In this document: positions 24,247 through 36,300 of the stretch, one piece after another | Layout: each line of letters starts with the position of its first letter | Position numbering within the stretch: the stretch's first letter is position 1 | Assembly (NCBI GenBank): GCA_951406725.2 | Contig: OX597820.1 | Location: forward strand, 40,052,001-40,116,000 | DNA from: Octopus vulgaris | Taxonomy: Eukaryota | Direction: 5' to 3' | DNA length: 64,000 nt | Notes under the pieces: generated by a model | Database searches by the model: none | The model's input: only the letters and a program-made list of their open reading frames with translations | Told to the model about the DNA's origin: nothing | Translations under genes and position numbers: made by a program

Positions 24247-26202
24247 GCGCATGCGTCGGTCAGTGTTTTCTTTTTTTTTTTTGCACTGCTAGGAGTCACG
24301 ACACCAACGTCGTGAATTATTGAACAAGTGAAGCACAATTACAAGGTAAGACATTTGTTTTTTTTTTAGATTCAGTGGGGGTTTCTTACTCGTGTTTAAA
24401 TATTTTATCGAGCAAGAAATCTCCACTGAGTTCCGGGCATTTGTCTGCCTGTAGTTGTGTTTAAAGTCTCACTTAGCGGTGAGAAGTGTGTTTTGGGGAC
24501 GCTTTTATCTTCCTATAATTGTGCTTATTTTTTACCAAATTTTGGTGAAATTAGTGTGTGACTGTTTTGTGCCCTGGATTATCAAGTGGATTACCGAGTT
24601 GGACAGGTGTACCAGGACAGCCGGAAGATGAGTTTACTGTGTTTTTGAACTCTTTCTTTTCTTCTTCCTTCTTTCCTGCAATTTTTTTAAACCCTGTGAA
24701 CCTTTGTTTTTCTGTAAAAACAAGGCAAGAAAGTGAAAAACATCGCGTTGGCGTGGGAGATTGTCCCACTCAAACAGTGGATGAAAACTTTCAAGAGAAG
24801 ACGGTGGTGTTAAGGAATTACTCAAAGTCGCTCGACATCATCGCCCTCTTTAAAACGACTCAAATTGAAAAGGAGTTGGCAGAGTATTTGCCAAATATTA
24901 AATTCATCTCCAATGGGGTCAAATATGCAACAGTGTGGTTGCTATTTGAGACCCCTGAGGAGGCTCGCAAATTTGCGAGCCAGCCCTTAGTGAGCAAAGA
25001 TATTTTGTTTCTTCCGACGTATTGTGGGAAGAAGTTGACAAGAGCTTGGGTCTGCGGGTTGTCATCCGGGATAGAAACCGAGTGGATAGAAGATACAGTC
25101 CACTGGGGTCTGGGTGGCAGCGGATCCAAGCTACTTAATGTTAAAATATTTTCCGGCGGCTGATTGGGTCGGGGAGAAAGCTGTTTTGACCCTGTGGACC
25201 CAATCAGCGAAGAATCTGGTCTTTCCAGACATCTTGAAAATGGCTGGTTGCAAGTACCCGGTGACGCCCACTCCAAGTGTCACCTGTGTCTGGAACCGGG
25301 CCACATGATAAAGAACTGTCCCCAGGACCAGAGTAGGTTCCTGGAACAGTTGGTTGTGGAAGAGTTCCTCTCTTCCTTCGGGGTGGGGGAGAGATAGGGG
25401 TAGTTGAGGAGGTAGAGACCTCCCCAAAAAAGGGGGAAAAGGAAGGTTGCTCACCGAAGGACCCTAAACCTGCGGGAGGGAGGGATGATCCTCTGGTTAA
25501 AGCAGAGGAACCACCCCCTCCCGTATCAAAGACGAGAAAAAAAGAAAAAGGGTGGAACAGTGCCGGCATGTCGGCATGTCCTGAAACCTCGTCAGTGGGA
25601 ATTTGCGCCATCCACGGAGGAAACTGTGACACTTTACAGTATAATAAATTAGGAATTTGTGATCTTCTGTTTTAAGGAACTTTGTGAGGGATCTGGAAGG
25701 ACGAGAACAGGCGGTCCTGACCTGCATTGAAAGCCCGGATTGTGCCCCCGCAGGTGGATGCGGAGGTCATGGCGGAAAATTATTTCTACAGGGTGATAGA
25801 TTCTTTTACCAAAGATGAATACAATTATCTCTTATGAGGCCCCAGCTTGCGACTGTATACGGCAAGAGACTTAATCGGTAAAGTAAGAGGTCTTAGTGCC
25901 TAGATTCGAACGTGGTGATTTTGGTAAGAGACTTAGCGTCTCACGTTGAATACATTTGCTGATCTTTTGTAAGATTTGATTGGTAAGAGGCTCAGCGCCT
26001 CAATTTGTAATTGTAGTAAGAGGTTCCACACCTCATTTATGCTTTAAAAAAAGAACAATGTTATCGGGAAGTAATAATCGGCGGGCGTTGGCTAATTCCC
26101 CCACAAACCATCTCTTTTTTCATTCCATCATCATCATCGTGTCTGTGTCCAGCCCGCATGCTTCCATTTGTATAATGTATTTATGGCAAATGTAATGAAA
26201 TA
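24247..26202 (+). mobile_element. L1/Tx1-like non-LTR element with only an ORF1-like gene; 16-bp TSD
   Basis: AAGAAGCTTGCTTCCT at 24231-24246 and 26203-26218; ends in AATAAA; RRM-like region plus CCHC knuckle; no RT or EN. Confidence 0.75.
24740..25837 (+). pseudogene. ORF1/gag-like nucleic-acid-binding protein (RRM-like + zinc knuckle), frameshifted
   Basis: KTVVLRNYS..IKFISNGVKYATVWLLFETPEEARKFA..PTYCGKKLTRAWV; CHLCLEPGHMIKNC (CX2CX4HX4C) at ~25278-25320; ends VIDSFTKDEYNYLL* at 25837. Start position uncertain. Confidence 0.7.
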
Positions 26203-26355
26203 AAGAAGCTTGCTTCCTAACCCCATACCACATAGTTCTGCATTCATCCCACAAAGTAACACCTTGTGCAATGACTTCTACTATAGCCTCGGTAGCTTCA
26301 GGCTGACCAATAGCTTGTGAATGGATTTGGCTGACAGAATCTGAAAGGAGCATAT

Positions 26356-26409
<54 letters not shown>

Positions 26410-26796
26410 AGAGCGGGGATGTGATATGACGGCAGATACTGAATTTCTCAGAGAAAAATACCAAGGCTGATACATTTAGATGGCACGTTTTTTTTTGCAA
26501 AATTCCTTTAGGTCGCATACTTTGTTACAGTTTATATCTTGGATACTTAGAGTGTAAAACAAAATATTGATAATAAGGGGAATGTAGAAGTTGAACATTC
26601 ATACTTTAAGTTAATTTCCAGTCAGTATATTCATAATAATTGTCCGACATATGTTTCGAGCGCAATAAAACTGCTTGCAACAATATGCAGTTAGTGCAAT
26701 CGAAACACGTGTTGGACAATTATTATGAATAAGCTAACTTCAAATAAACATTAAGTTGGAATGTTCGAATTCTCAATTCTCCTTATTATCAATGTT

Positions 26797-26909
<113 letters not shown>

Positions 26910-26924
26910 TTGTATGTATATATG

Positions 26925-26955
<31 letters not shown>

Positions 26956-27037
26956 GTATGTATATATACATGCATTCATGCATATACATACATACATATA
27001 TACATACATACATATATACCTACATATACATATATAT

Positions 27038-28240
27038 ATTGGTCTGAGCAATAAGTATCCAGACTGTTGCCATAGTAACGAAGCTAAAGTACGCAGAGGG
27101 AAGCCGCTCGGCACACATTGACCTTAATCTCTGTTGTGTATGTGCACTAAGTTTTAACTTATTAGCTCACTTCCGCTCTTTATTCTAGTGCTTGGAAGGA
27201 ACATGGGTAGCGTGTGACCGTCGCATTGACCATGACAGAAAAAATTTAGCAGAAAATCTGCATGAAGTTTTGCCAGATGCTTGGCGATATCTGCTCAGAG
27301 GCCTACGGAAAGTTGCAGAAAGTGTATGGAGAGGATCATATGAGCCGCACACAAGTGTAAGAGTGCTTCAGACGTTACCAAGTTGGTCGAAAAAATGTCG
27401 ATATTGACGAATGTTCTGTGGGACCCGCAACAAGCAGAACTGAGAAAAACACTGCAGATGTGCCTGGAACAGTGAGGGGAAATCATCGAATCACCATCCG
27501 TGAGTAATCAGAAGATGTGCAGATTAGGTACGGTTCAGTTCAATCCATTATCACTGGAGATTTTGGTATGAGACGCGCGTCTGCCAAGTTTGTGCCAAAA
27601 CTGCTTTCAACTGACCAAAAAAGACACTTAGGTTTCAGTTGCACATGATCTCCTTGATTATGTCGAGAACGATTAAAAGTTTTTGAAAACGGTCATAACC
27701 GGTGATGAATCGAAGACCCCAACCTTTTCGAGACAGAAGCAAGCACGAATGAGTCGAAGCGATGTGAAGACACTGTTGACCGTTCTCTTCGACTACAAGG
27801 GGATTGTTCATCATGAGTATTCTTCGGGAAAGGACACAATTGCACGTGTCTTGTGCGTTGTAATTGAACCATGACGACACACCTGCCCATCCAGTGCAGC
27901 TTGTGCAACAGTTTTTGGTTAGGCACAGCATTCCCCAGGTCCGACAGCCACTGTATCCCCCAGATTTCACCACTTGCGACTTAGTCCTCTTTCCAATAGT
28001 CAAAAACTCGCTTGAAAGGAAGATTTCAAGATATCGAGGAAATCAAAGTGAATGCGACGAGGCAGCTGCTGATTAGCCCAGAAAACGAGTTCCACGCATG
28101 CTTCCATCAATGAAAATAGAGCTGGATTAATTATGTGTCTTCTGAAGGGGACTACTGTCAAGGTCATTAAATGCCAAATTGGTACGTTCTGTAGTTTTGT
28201 TTTTATAACACCAGTCCGGATATTTATTGATCAGACCTCG
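27038..28240 (+). mobile_element. mariner transposon (irritans-like), decayed
   Basis: TIRs GGTCTGAGCAATAAGTATCCAGACTG / CAGTCCGGATATTTATTGATCAGACC; peptides ICMKFC, SAKFVPKLL, VITGDES, HDDTPAH, YPPDFTTCDLVLFP. Confidence 0.88.
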
Positions 28241-28279
28241 TGTATATATATATATATGTCATGATAGATCGTTAGCCCC

Positions 28280-28418
28280 TACACACATTTTTTTCTCTCC
28301 TTGTTTCTGTCGTTCTTTCGGTAAAAGACTTTTTCTATTCCAGAGCGTTATACTAATACATATGTTTGTTTTGTACACCACCTATCTTCGTCTTTTGTTT
28401 TTTTCGTAAAATTTCCCT
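28280..28418 (+). repeat. Short (TA)n-embedded repeat, copy 3 (inverted relative to copies 1-2)
   Basis: Reverse-complement similarity to 5421-5596 and 21971-22160. Confidence 0.65.
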
Positions 28419-29430
28419 ATATATATATATATATAGTCTACATACGCATACATACATATGCATGCATATACATAAAACGGAATGCATATGTTAGTACGTC
28501 CGTCTCCGAAATTATACTATTTTATATCCTGCGCACTATAACTTCGCAAAATGAAGGGTGTTATAATATGCTCTGTCCTAAAAATAAATTGGGGGCTGAT
28601 ACGATTCATTAAACATGTGAAGATGCAGCCACAGCTGATCCACTGCCTAATGACTGAAAACAATAAAAATGTATGTGTCAATTTTGGATTCATCCTATGA
28701 TAAATGTGAAAATACCATACGAGATACGATAAATCATTTAATTTAAAGATGTAAATCTCCTAGAACATATACACCGATGATATACAGTTTCAAAATCTTA
28801 TAAATAAAATACGGAAATGGATTTATTTAAGCAACATGTAGAAATACAAGTAACACCATTATTCGTATGCAATTTTCGCTATTCTTTTGCGTAATTGGAA
28901 GTATGTTTTGCAGCGCTATTAACCGATCTCCTCATGAGGGTTAGTATTTCAATGCATTTTACTCTGTTAATTGTTGTATCTAACAAGGCACTACAAACAT
29001 CTTGATATGTGCAGATATCTCTGTATATCCGCATTGTATTCTCATGACCAAAAGGAATGCTTCGCAACAAGAAACGTATTATATAGATCAGTTTTACTAG
29101 TCACAGGGTCTGGAGTTTTGGTCATAAAATTCAGCAACTAAATGGAATTAGTCTGGATATCCAGAACATTAATGCCAGCATTTAAAATATGCCCTCCAAA
29201 ATACATTGACAGGCTATATTTATCAGAAGTAGACGGTAGAATTTGACTGTTACAATTACGAAACTTATACACGATAATTACCGTAGCCATAAAAGGCATG
29301 GAAGAATGTCAGTAGCCGAAGTATGACAAATACATGTTCTTCCTTTTGAAAAAAGATTGACAAATATAGGAAAATATGTTTGCCAAATTGGACCAGAGAT
29401 GTAAAGCTGAGAGCGAATAATTAGGAGAAA

Positions 29431-29472
<42 letters not shown>

Positions 29473-29474
29473 TA

Positions 29475-29506
<32 letters not shown>

Positions 29507-29509
29507 CTG

Positions 29510-29568
<59 letters not shown>

Positions 29569-29595
29569 GTCTATCTATCTATCTATCTATCTATA

Positions 29596-29646
<51 letters not shown>

Positions 29647-29740
29647 GTATATGCACACATATATACATACACACACATATATATATATATACATATATAT
29701 GCATACATACAGCTATATATATATACTCACATATATACAC

Positions 29741-29773
<33 letters not shown>

Positions 29774-30358
29774 AATTGTCAATATACTTTTACAATCTAA
29801 AATCAACATGTATGACAGATAATATTACTGCCTCTTATGGCTTGAGACTGCTGTTATCTACGTCACAGAACGAGTGCAGTAACATCTTTTACTACTTAAA
29901 AGTGTATTAGGAATCATATACGATAACTAGAGACGTTGGTTTTCCGGTAAGGAAAAAATAATCATAATTTTATTATAGTAGTTTTTCAGCCCAAATCAAA
30001 TCTAATTCAGCGCATCAATGAGTAAAGTTCTTTAAACCCTGGTAAAATTAAAAAGAAAATTTTTCCAGTGTTTTCGGAAATAAACGAAGTCTCTAATTTT
30101 ACGAGAATAATGTTCGACTTCAAGAATTTTCAACTGTTGATTCTAGTAGGCTATACGAAACTTCAGAGTACATTGTGACAAATATGACACAGCAGGTAAA
30201 TAGACTTACACAAATATCATATGTGTTGTTGCGCAAGAATGCTTACGGAGCGTGTACGTGGGTGCGTTTATGTGCGTGTGTGCATGTAGCTCTCTCTATA
30301 TTTCCCTCTGCCCCCTCTGTCTCTGTCTCTCTGTATATATATATATATATATATATAT

Positions 30359-30390
<32 letters not shown>

Positions 30391-30395
<5 letters not shown>

Positions 30396-30670
30396 CAATG
30401 GCCCAGTGGTTAGGGCAGCGGACTCGCGGTCGTAGGATCGCGGTTTCGATTCCCAGCTCTGAGTGTTTATTGAGCGAAAACACCTAAAGCTCCACGAGGC
30501 TCCTGCAGGGGGTGGTAGGGATCCCTACTGTACTCTTTCGTCACAACTTTCTCTCACTCTTTCTTCTGTTGGCCTGTCCGCTTGGCATCATTTGAAGGCT
30601 AAAACAATGCGAAGCGCATTGTGACCAGCGATGTGTAGCAACATCTGATAGCCTGGTCTGTCACGGTGAT
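30391..30670 (+). mobile_element. tRNA-derived SINE, family B
   Basis: GGCGCAATGGCCCAGTGGTTAGGGCAGCGGACTCGCGG..GTTTCGATTCCC. Confidence 0.88.
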
Positions 30671-30679
30671 ATATATATG

Positions 30680-32562
30680 TTACTCAAATGAATTCCAACT
30701 CTGTTTATCACGTTTTATTTATAATCTTATAATATTAATATAAGATATAAAATAATATATGAAAAAGAAATGAAATGAAGTATTAATTATCTATTCTTAT
30801 TGAACAAATGAAATATCAAATGTCCATTCTTATTGAAATAGTATACTTTCTTGCATTTATGCAATCTTCAGATTGTAGTGACAGTTGTGTTTAGTGGTTT
30901 CAACTGTGGTTGACTGGTTAAATTTTGTCTTGTATATACATTCCTATGGGTAGATGTAGTTGTTGCTTGGCTATTTTTAGAAATGATGCCATACCATTTT
31001 TCAGTGTTTAGTTTTAGAAATAATGACAGCAGTACTTTTTAGAGATTTATATTTTTTAGATATGGGGATAAGACTTTTAAACTCTAGAAAAGATTATTTT
31101 TATTATTGTTTATTAAGCTTGGGTTTGAATTTATCAATAAAGCCGTTTTCTCTCAGTTTTCTCTCGATTTCATTCGGATTGTATAGTTTATGAAAAGGAA
31201 ATATTATAAATATTTTCCGGCCACATGTTGCTAGGTGGTTACTCAGCGGGATTTGGCGGACTTCTGGATTTTTAATTTGTTGTCGGTGCACTCGTGAGCA
31301 TTCTGATAGTGCATTGCCTGTCTGGCCAACATACAATTCTTCACAATTCGAGCATTTGATGCAGTAGATTAAATTTCTGCTTTTGCAGTTCTTATTTGCG
31401 TTTGTGAATATTTTCCCCGTGTTTGTGTTCATATATGGACCGGTATGAATTAATTGGCATGTACCGCATCGACTATCTTTGCATTTAGAGATCGGCCATC
31501 ATTGCATTGGTCTTTTTTGCTAAGGTTAAACCTTGCCTTTGTTAATAACTTTTTCAAGCTTTTAGGCTGTCTTTTACTGAGAATTATAGTTCGGTCTTTA
31601 ATGATATCCCTTAATTCCTTACTTTGATTGGTAGGATTGCGTGTCACTATAAATGGTATGATTTGTTCTTGTTTTTCTCTTCTTTGTGTAGTCCTCAGTT
31701 GTGTAGGTAGTTTGATAGCCCGATGAATATCATTTGCTATAAGTAGTGACGGGTATTTTTGTTTGAGCAGAAATTCTTTCAGTTCCATCAGGCGCTGATT
31801 CTTGATCTTCAAATCTTCTACAATGGTACAGATTCTTATGGTTAAGCAGTATGGGATGTTACGTTTTGTATGCGGTGTATGGCACAACTTAAAATTCAGG
31901 TATTGATGTGTATCGGTGTGTTTATAATATATATCTGTGGTAATAGTTGTACTGCTCATCTTCTTTGTAAATTGGATGGTTGTGTGTCGGTTATTCAGGA
32001 GGATATTGAATTCTTCCACAGTGTTTTGAGATTTTGTCTAGATTATGAAGCAATCATCGAGGTATCTCTTCAATGCTTTTTCAATATACTTCCTAAATTC
32101 AGTGCTGTATCTCTCCTCGATTTCCTATTTTTGTTCTTGTTTTTGTTCTAAGTATCCCATCACCGAGTTCGCGTGAAAGGCAGCAAATCTCGTTCCCATA
32201 GCCGTGCCTTTATTTTGGATGTAGTTCTTTCCCTTGAAGAAGAAAGTTGTTTTCCAGAATAAGTCTGAGTCTAATATAAATGTCACTGTGAATCTGTTGG
32301 GAATTGCTTCTCTGTGTTTATCTACCCAGTATTTAATTGACTTTATTCCTAAATCATGTGAGATATTGGTGTAAAGGCTTACTACATCAAAGCTCAGTAG
32401 GACTGAGTTTGTTTCAGTTGTTTTGGGAAGATGGGACAGGAAATCGATGTCATCCCGAATGAAGCTGGGAATGTAGGTGCTTAGTAGTTTCAAAATAATG
32501 TCGATGAAATTGCTTAGACGATGGGTAGGGCATACTGAACCAGCTATAATTGGTCTGATGAT
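30680..32562 (-). mobile_element. Penelope-like retroelement (Neptune-like), RT + GIY-YIG, decayed
   Basis: RPIIAG..THRLS, SFDVVSLYTNI, GTAMGTRFA, RYLDDCFI, TDIYYKHTDTHQYL, linker CKDSRCGTC, LIYCIKCSNC..YVGQT..H..H (CCHH-type endonuclease). Confidence 0.9.
30838..30876 (-). ncRNA. Minimal hammerhead-like ribozyme motif in Penelope 3' region
   Basis: Minus strand CAAU-CUGAAGA-UUGCA-UAAA-UGCAA-GAAA-GUAUAC-UA; intact cores, stem II, palindromic stem III; weak stem I. Confidence 0.6.
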
Positions 32563-33324
32563 GCGTGGGAAGATAAATGGAGACAGATCGTCACCACAAT
32601 TAGTGATTATTTCAAACACCATGATATTGAAGGGGTGTTTAGTTTTTATCACTTTCCGTACATATTTTGAGGACACGGCAAGCCAATGATTGTGCTCTGT
32701 GTCCACCATCTGATCCTCGCAGAAATTGTTCTCATCTGAGGAGAACCAAAGCATTTTAGGTTGGAGGGGATGTTTGAGTTTGTTCAAAAGCTACATAGCG
32801 CGTTCTTTCCTCTTGTCTTTAATGGCATAGGGATAAAAATTGGCCCTTTCTCATCATGTATGAGGAATACCTAATGTCTTCATGCACTACCTACCTGGTA
32901 TGAAATTCAGGCACTCCCATAACCCTGGCGATGGACCTGATTGATTTGGAGAGATCGATGTCAATCATGGCCATGATGTCACCAACACATGCAGGACTTC
33001 CTTTCTTATCAGACTGAGTTTTCCGAGCTGCTGTACCTTCATAATCACCACTAAACTTATTCAATTTTTCCGAATCCTTTGGACTGTCCTCAGATTGACA
33101 CCCAAACACTGTGAAATATTCATACTGGAGCTTCCAGCACGAATACCAAGCAATACAACATATCGTTTTCAACTTTCTGGCAGAGGGGATTGCGTCATGG
33201 TGCTGTTTTTCTCACTGAGGGTGCCCAACTGACTCTACTATTCTGTATGTAGTAGATAAAATCCAAAACAACGTGTATGCGCAAAATTTAAAATATAAAA
33301 TGAGATCAATTTACACATCGCAAC

Positions 33325-33328
<4 letters not shown>
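32563..33328 (-). mobile_element. 5' part of a Tc1/mariner DD37D-like transposon
   Basis: KSIRSIARVMGVPE (HTH), NKLKHPLQPKMLWFSSDENNF, KTKHPFNIMVFEIITNCGDDLSPFIFP; the end abuts (TA)n. Confidence 0.8.
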
Positions 33329-33421
<93 letters not shown>

Positions 33422-33611
33422 CATACATAGGTATATATATGTACATACATATGCATGTATGTATATATATATATATGCATACATACACATTATATATGTA
33501 TATATATATACACATATACGTATCTATGTACATGTACGTACATATGTACGAACATACGTATATATGTATATATGTGTACACACTCATATCTATATCTATC
33601 TCTCTATATAT

Positions 33612-33661
<50 letters not shown>

Positions 33662-34489
33662 ATGTGCATATATTTAAATATGTATATGAGTGCTTATGTA
33701 CGTCTGTGTATACGGGTTGGATGTGGGGTGTATATGTGTGCATGATGCAGTGCTATAAACGGAAATACAGGAAAAGAATCGAAAGATATAGAAACGTGAG
33801 ATCTGATTAATACAATTACATTTTAATGTGGTCTATTGGGTAAGAAGTTTCGTACTCTAATGTTTTAGTATACGCCTGCTTTCCAACTATTATTGTTCAG
33901 AAATCACTAAAATTGTACAAAAATATAATGCAAAGAATTAGAAAACGTAAGAAAGAAAATAAAGTTTGAAAAAAGCTGCAATAAATTTGTAACAAAAACA
34001 AAAATATAATAAACATAATCAAAGATTTTGACGAAAAGTCGAAAAAAAATCTAAATTAGTCATTAAGTTGCTAATTACATTATAAATTTCATTTTTCTTT
34101 CGCGAAATAAAATAAAATCGATTTGCCGAACGTCAATAGAAAAAGAGGAGAGTCCAGGAAAATTAGTGAATACATTAGTGCTTTTAAGATAAAATGGCAT
34201 TCATAGAGGCTATGTTTGACTTTGACCTTCGTAATACAATCAGCAACATTTATAAAGTGTTTTATCGTGTTTATTAACTATTGAAGTTCCCATGGTTGAA
34301 ACCAACTGGCTGCACCCAGTATTTAACGGTGTTAAAGGTCACGAAATAAAATTAAAAGAAAAAGAAAAAGAAAATAAAGAATACAATATAAATGACACAG
34401 CCAAAGTCTGCCAAGTGTGAGAAGATGCAACATTACAGACGAGGAGAAATACTTGGTAGATTGCATTTAATTCGACACGCCATCACCAG

Positions 34490-34980
34490 TCTCTCTCGCC
34501 CCACCTCTCTCTCTCTCTCTCACACACGCTTTCTGTCTTACTTTCTGTCTTTCTCTCACTCCCTCACACACACACATACGCTCTCTTTCTCTGTCTCTCT
34601 CACATTCTCTCTTTTCTCTCTCTCTCTCGCTTGCTTTCTGTCTTTCTCTATTTCCTTTTCAACATCTCTCTCTCTCGCTTTCTGTTTTCCTCCCTGTCAC
34701 ACTTTCTCTGTCTCGCCTTTTGTTTTTCTCTCTCTCTGACTTTCTGTCTTTCTGTCGCTTTTGTTCTTTCCATATCTCTCACTCATACTCTCTCTTGCTT
34801 TCTGCCTTCTTCTCGCTTCCTCATTCTCGCATTCTGTTTCTCTCACTTATTGGCTCTCTCTCTCTCTCTCTCTCTCCATCTCTCTGCCTCTCTCTCTCCA
34901 TCTCTCTGCCTCTCTCTCTCCATCTCTCTGCCTCTCTCTCTCTGGCTCTCTCTCTCTCTCTCTCGCTCTTCTCTCTTTCT
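34490..34980. repeat. CT-rich low-complexity tract with a ~22-bp minisatellite (CTCTCTGCCTCTCTCTCTCCAT)
   Basis: Direct reading; about three units at ~34875-34945. Confidence 0.85.
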
Positions 34981-35997
34981 AATGTTATTTCTGATGTTTC
35001 TCTCAGGAAATATATATATATATATATATAGTTCCCTTGTTATTTACTAAATATAGTAAAAACGCATTTTTTACAGTTTATTTTCTACTTAACTTTTCAT
35101 CATCAACGATATCTATTTGTGTCTGATTACTGCTAATGACACATCAATGCACGAATGAAGTACAAAGAGAAGTAATGCTTCCCGTGCACTGTAACTATGT
35201 AACTATGGAAGTGGATTCAATTAGCTGACACCGGGAAACGAAACCATGTAACAAACCAAGCAAGGGAACATGTACTTGACCTTTCTACACGCTAGAAATA
35301 GCAACTGAATCCCCCTTACGCTTGCGTATCTCATCTTACCGTCTTAAATCAAGGAATAATAATTGCATTAGGTTGGCCCCGCGCACCCTGGTCGTTAAGC
35401 TGTTACTATCAAGAAGAGGTGGTGTGGTCGCTTCTTGAACTGGGCAGTGTATTGTGGCCTTCAGCAAGGTATTTCATGTTACGTTACTCTTGTATATTAA
35501 ACTCTTGGCTATTATCTCTGGTCAAAGTTAGCAAGGCTAAAAGGGTGCTTTTTCCTACTCTTGATTATATAGGTACCTAATGCAATTAGTGAAACCTGGG
35601 TACGTAGAACAAGATATATTCGCTTCCATGTGACGACTATGCCAAATACATACGTCTGCATAAAAAAGGGGCTCGTCTGATTAGAAAGATATCGATAACA
35701 GGCGTGATTGATCAAAGACAACCAAGATGTTACATATGGCAATCATTTAACAGAATTGTCCACGGCGTTTTATAAATACTCGCCATTCTTTCTATGTTTG
35801 AAGATTATGTCTTTATTTCTATTACTGAGATCAACAAATTAATTCCTTTATTAGAGATTGCACAGCTATCCATCACCATTGAGTATCACTTAGTAGCATG
35901 TACCATAGCTTCACTTATTCTTTGAAGACAACAACAGCATCTTGAACAAACTCAAATGCCACCAACACCACCACCAATACCCCCATATTCACGCTCA

Positions 35998-36300
35998 GGA
36001 GGCACATGGCCTAGTGGTTAGAACAGCGGACTCAAGGTCGAGGGATCACGGGTTCGAATCTCAGACCGGGCGATGTGTGTGTTTATGAGCGAAACACCTA
36101 AGCTCCACGCAGCTCCGGCAGAAGGTAATGGCGAAACTTCTGCTGATTCTTTCGCCACAACTTTCTCTCACTCTTTCCTCCTGAATCTTGCAGCTCACCT
36201 GCAACGGACCGGCGTCCCGTCTAGGTGGGGAACCTATACACCAAGGAAACCGGGAAACTGGCCCTTATGAGCCAGGCATGGCTGGAGAAGGAACAAACAA
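35998..36300 (+). mobile_element. tRNA-derived SINE, family B variant
   Basis: GGAGGCACATGGCCTAGTGGTTAG..GGTTCGAATCTC..GAGCGAAACACCTAAGCTCCACG; 3' part shared with the copy at 45221. Confidence 0.85.

Larger units (their letters stand above)
24209..26356 (+). mobile_element. SINE family A, interrupted by a 1.96-kb insertion
   Basis: Head at 24209-24246; the SINE resumes at 26219 (ACCACATAGTTC..CTACTATAGCCTCGG..TTGTGAATGGATTTGG). Confidence 0.8.

Noticed and set aside
25861-26035. CRISPR-like repeat-spacer array
   Set aside because: Short degenerate repeats, irregular spacers, eukaryotic retroelement context, no cas genes.
28879-29070. Helitron RepHel-like peptide (ICTYQDVCSAL)
   Set aside because: A single short resemblance without supporting motifs.
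34200-34345. Putative enhancer with TGACCT/AGGTCA half-sites
   Set aside because: Short motifs are expected by chance; conservation cannot be assessed here.
35500-35800. Ancient LINE RT C-terminus relic (similar faint signal at 59750-60350)
   Set aside because: Too degraded to support a call by eye.
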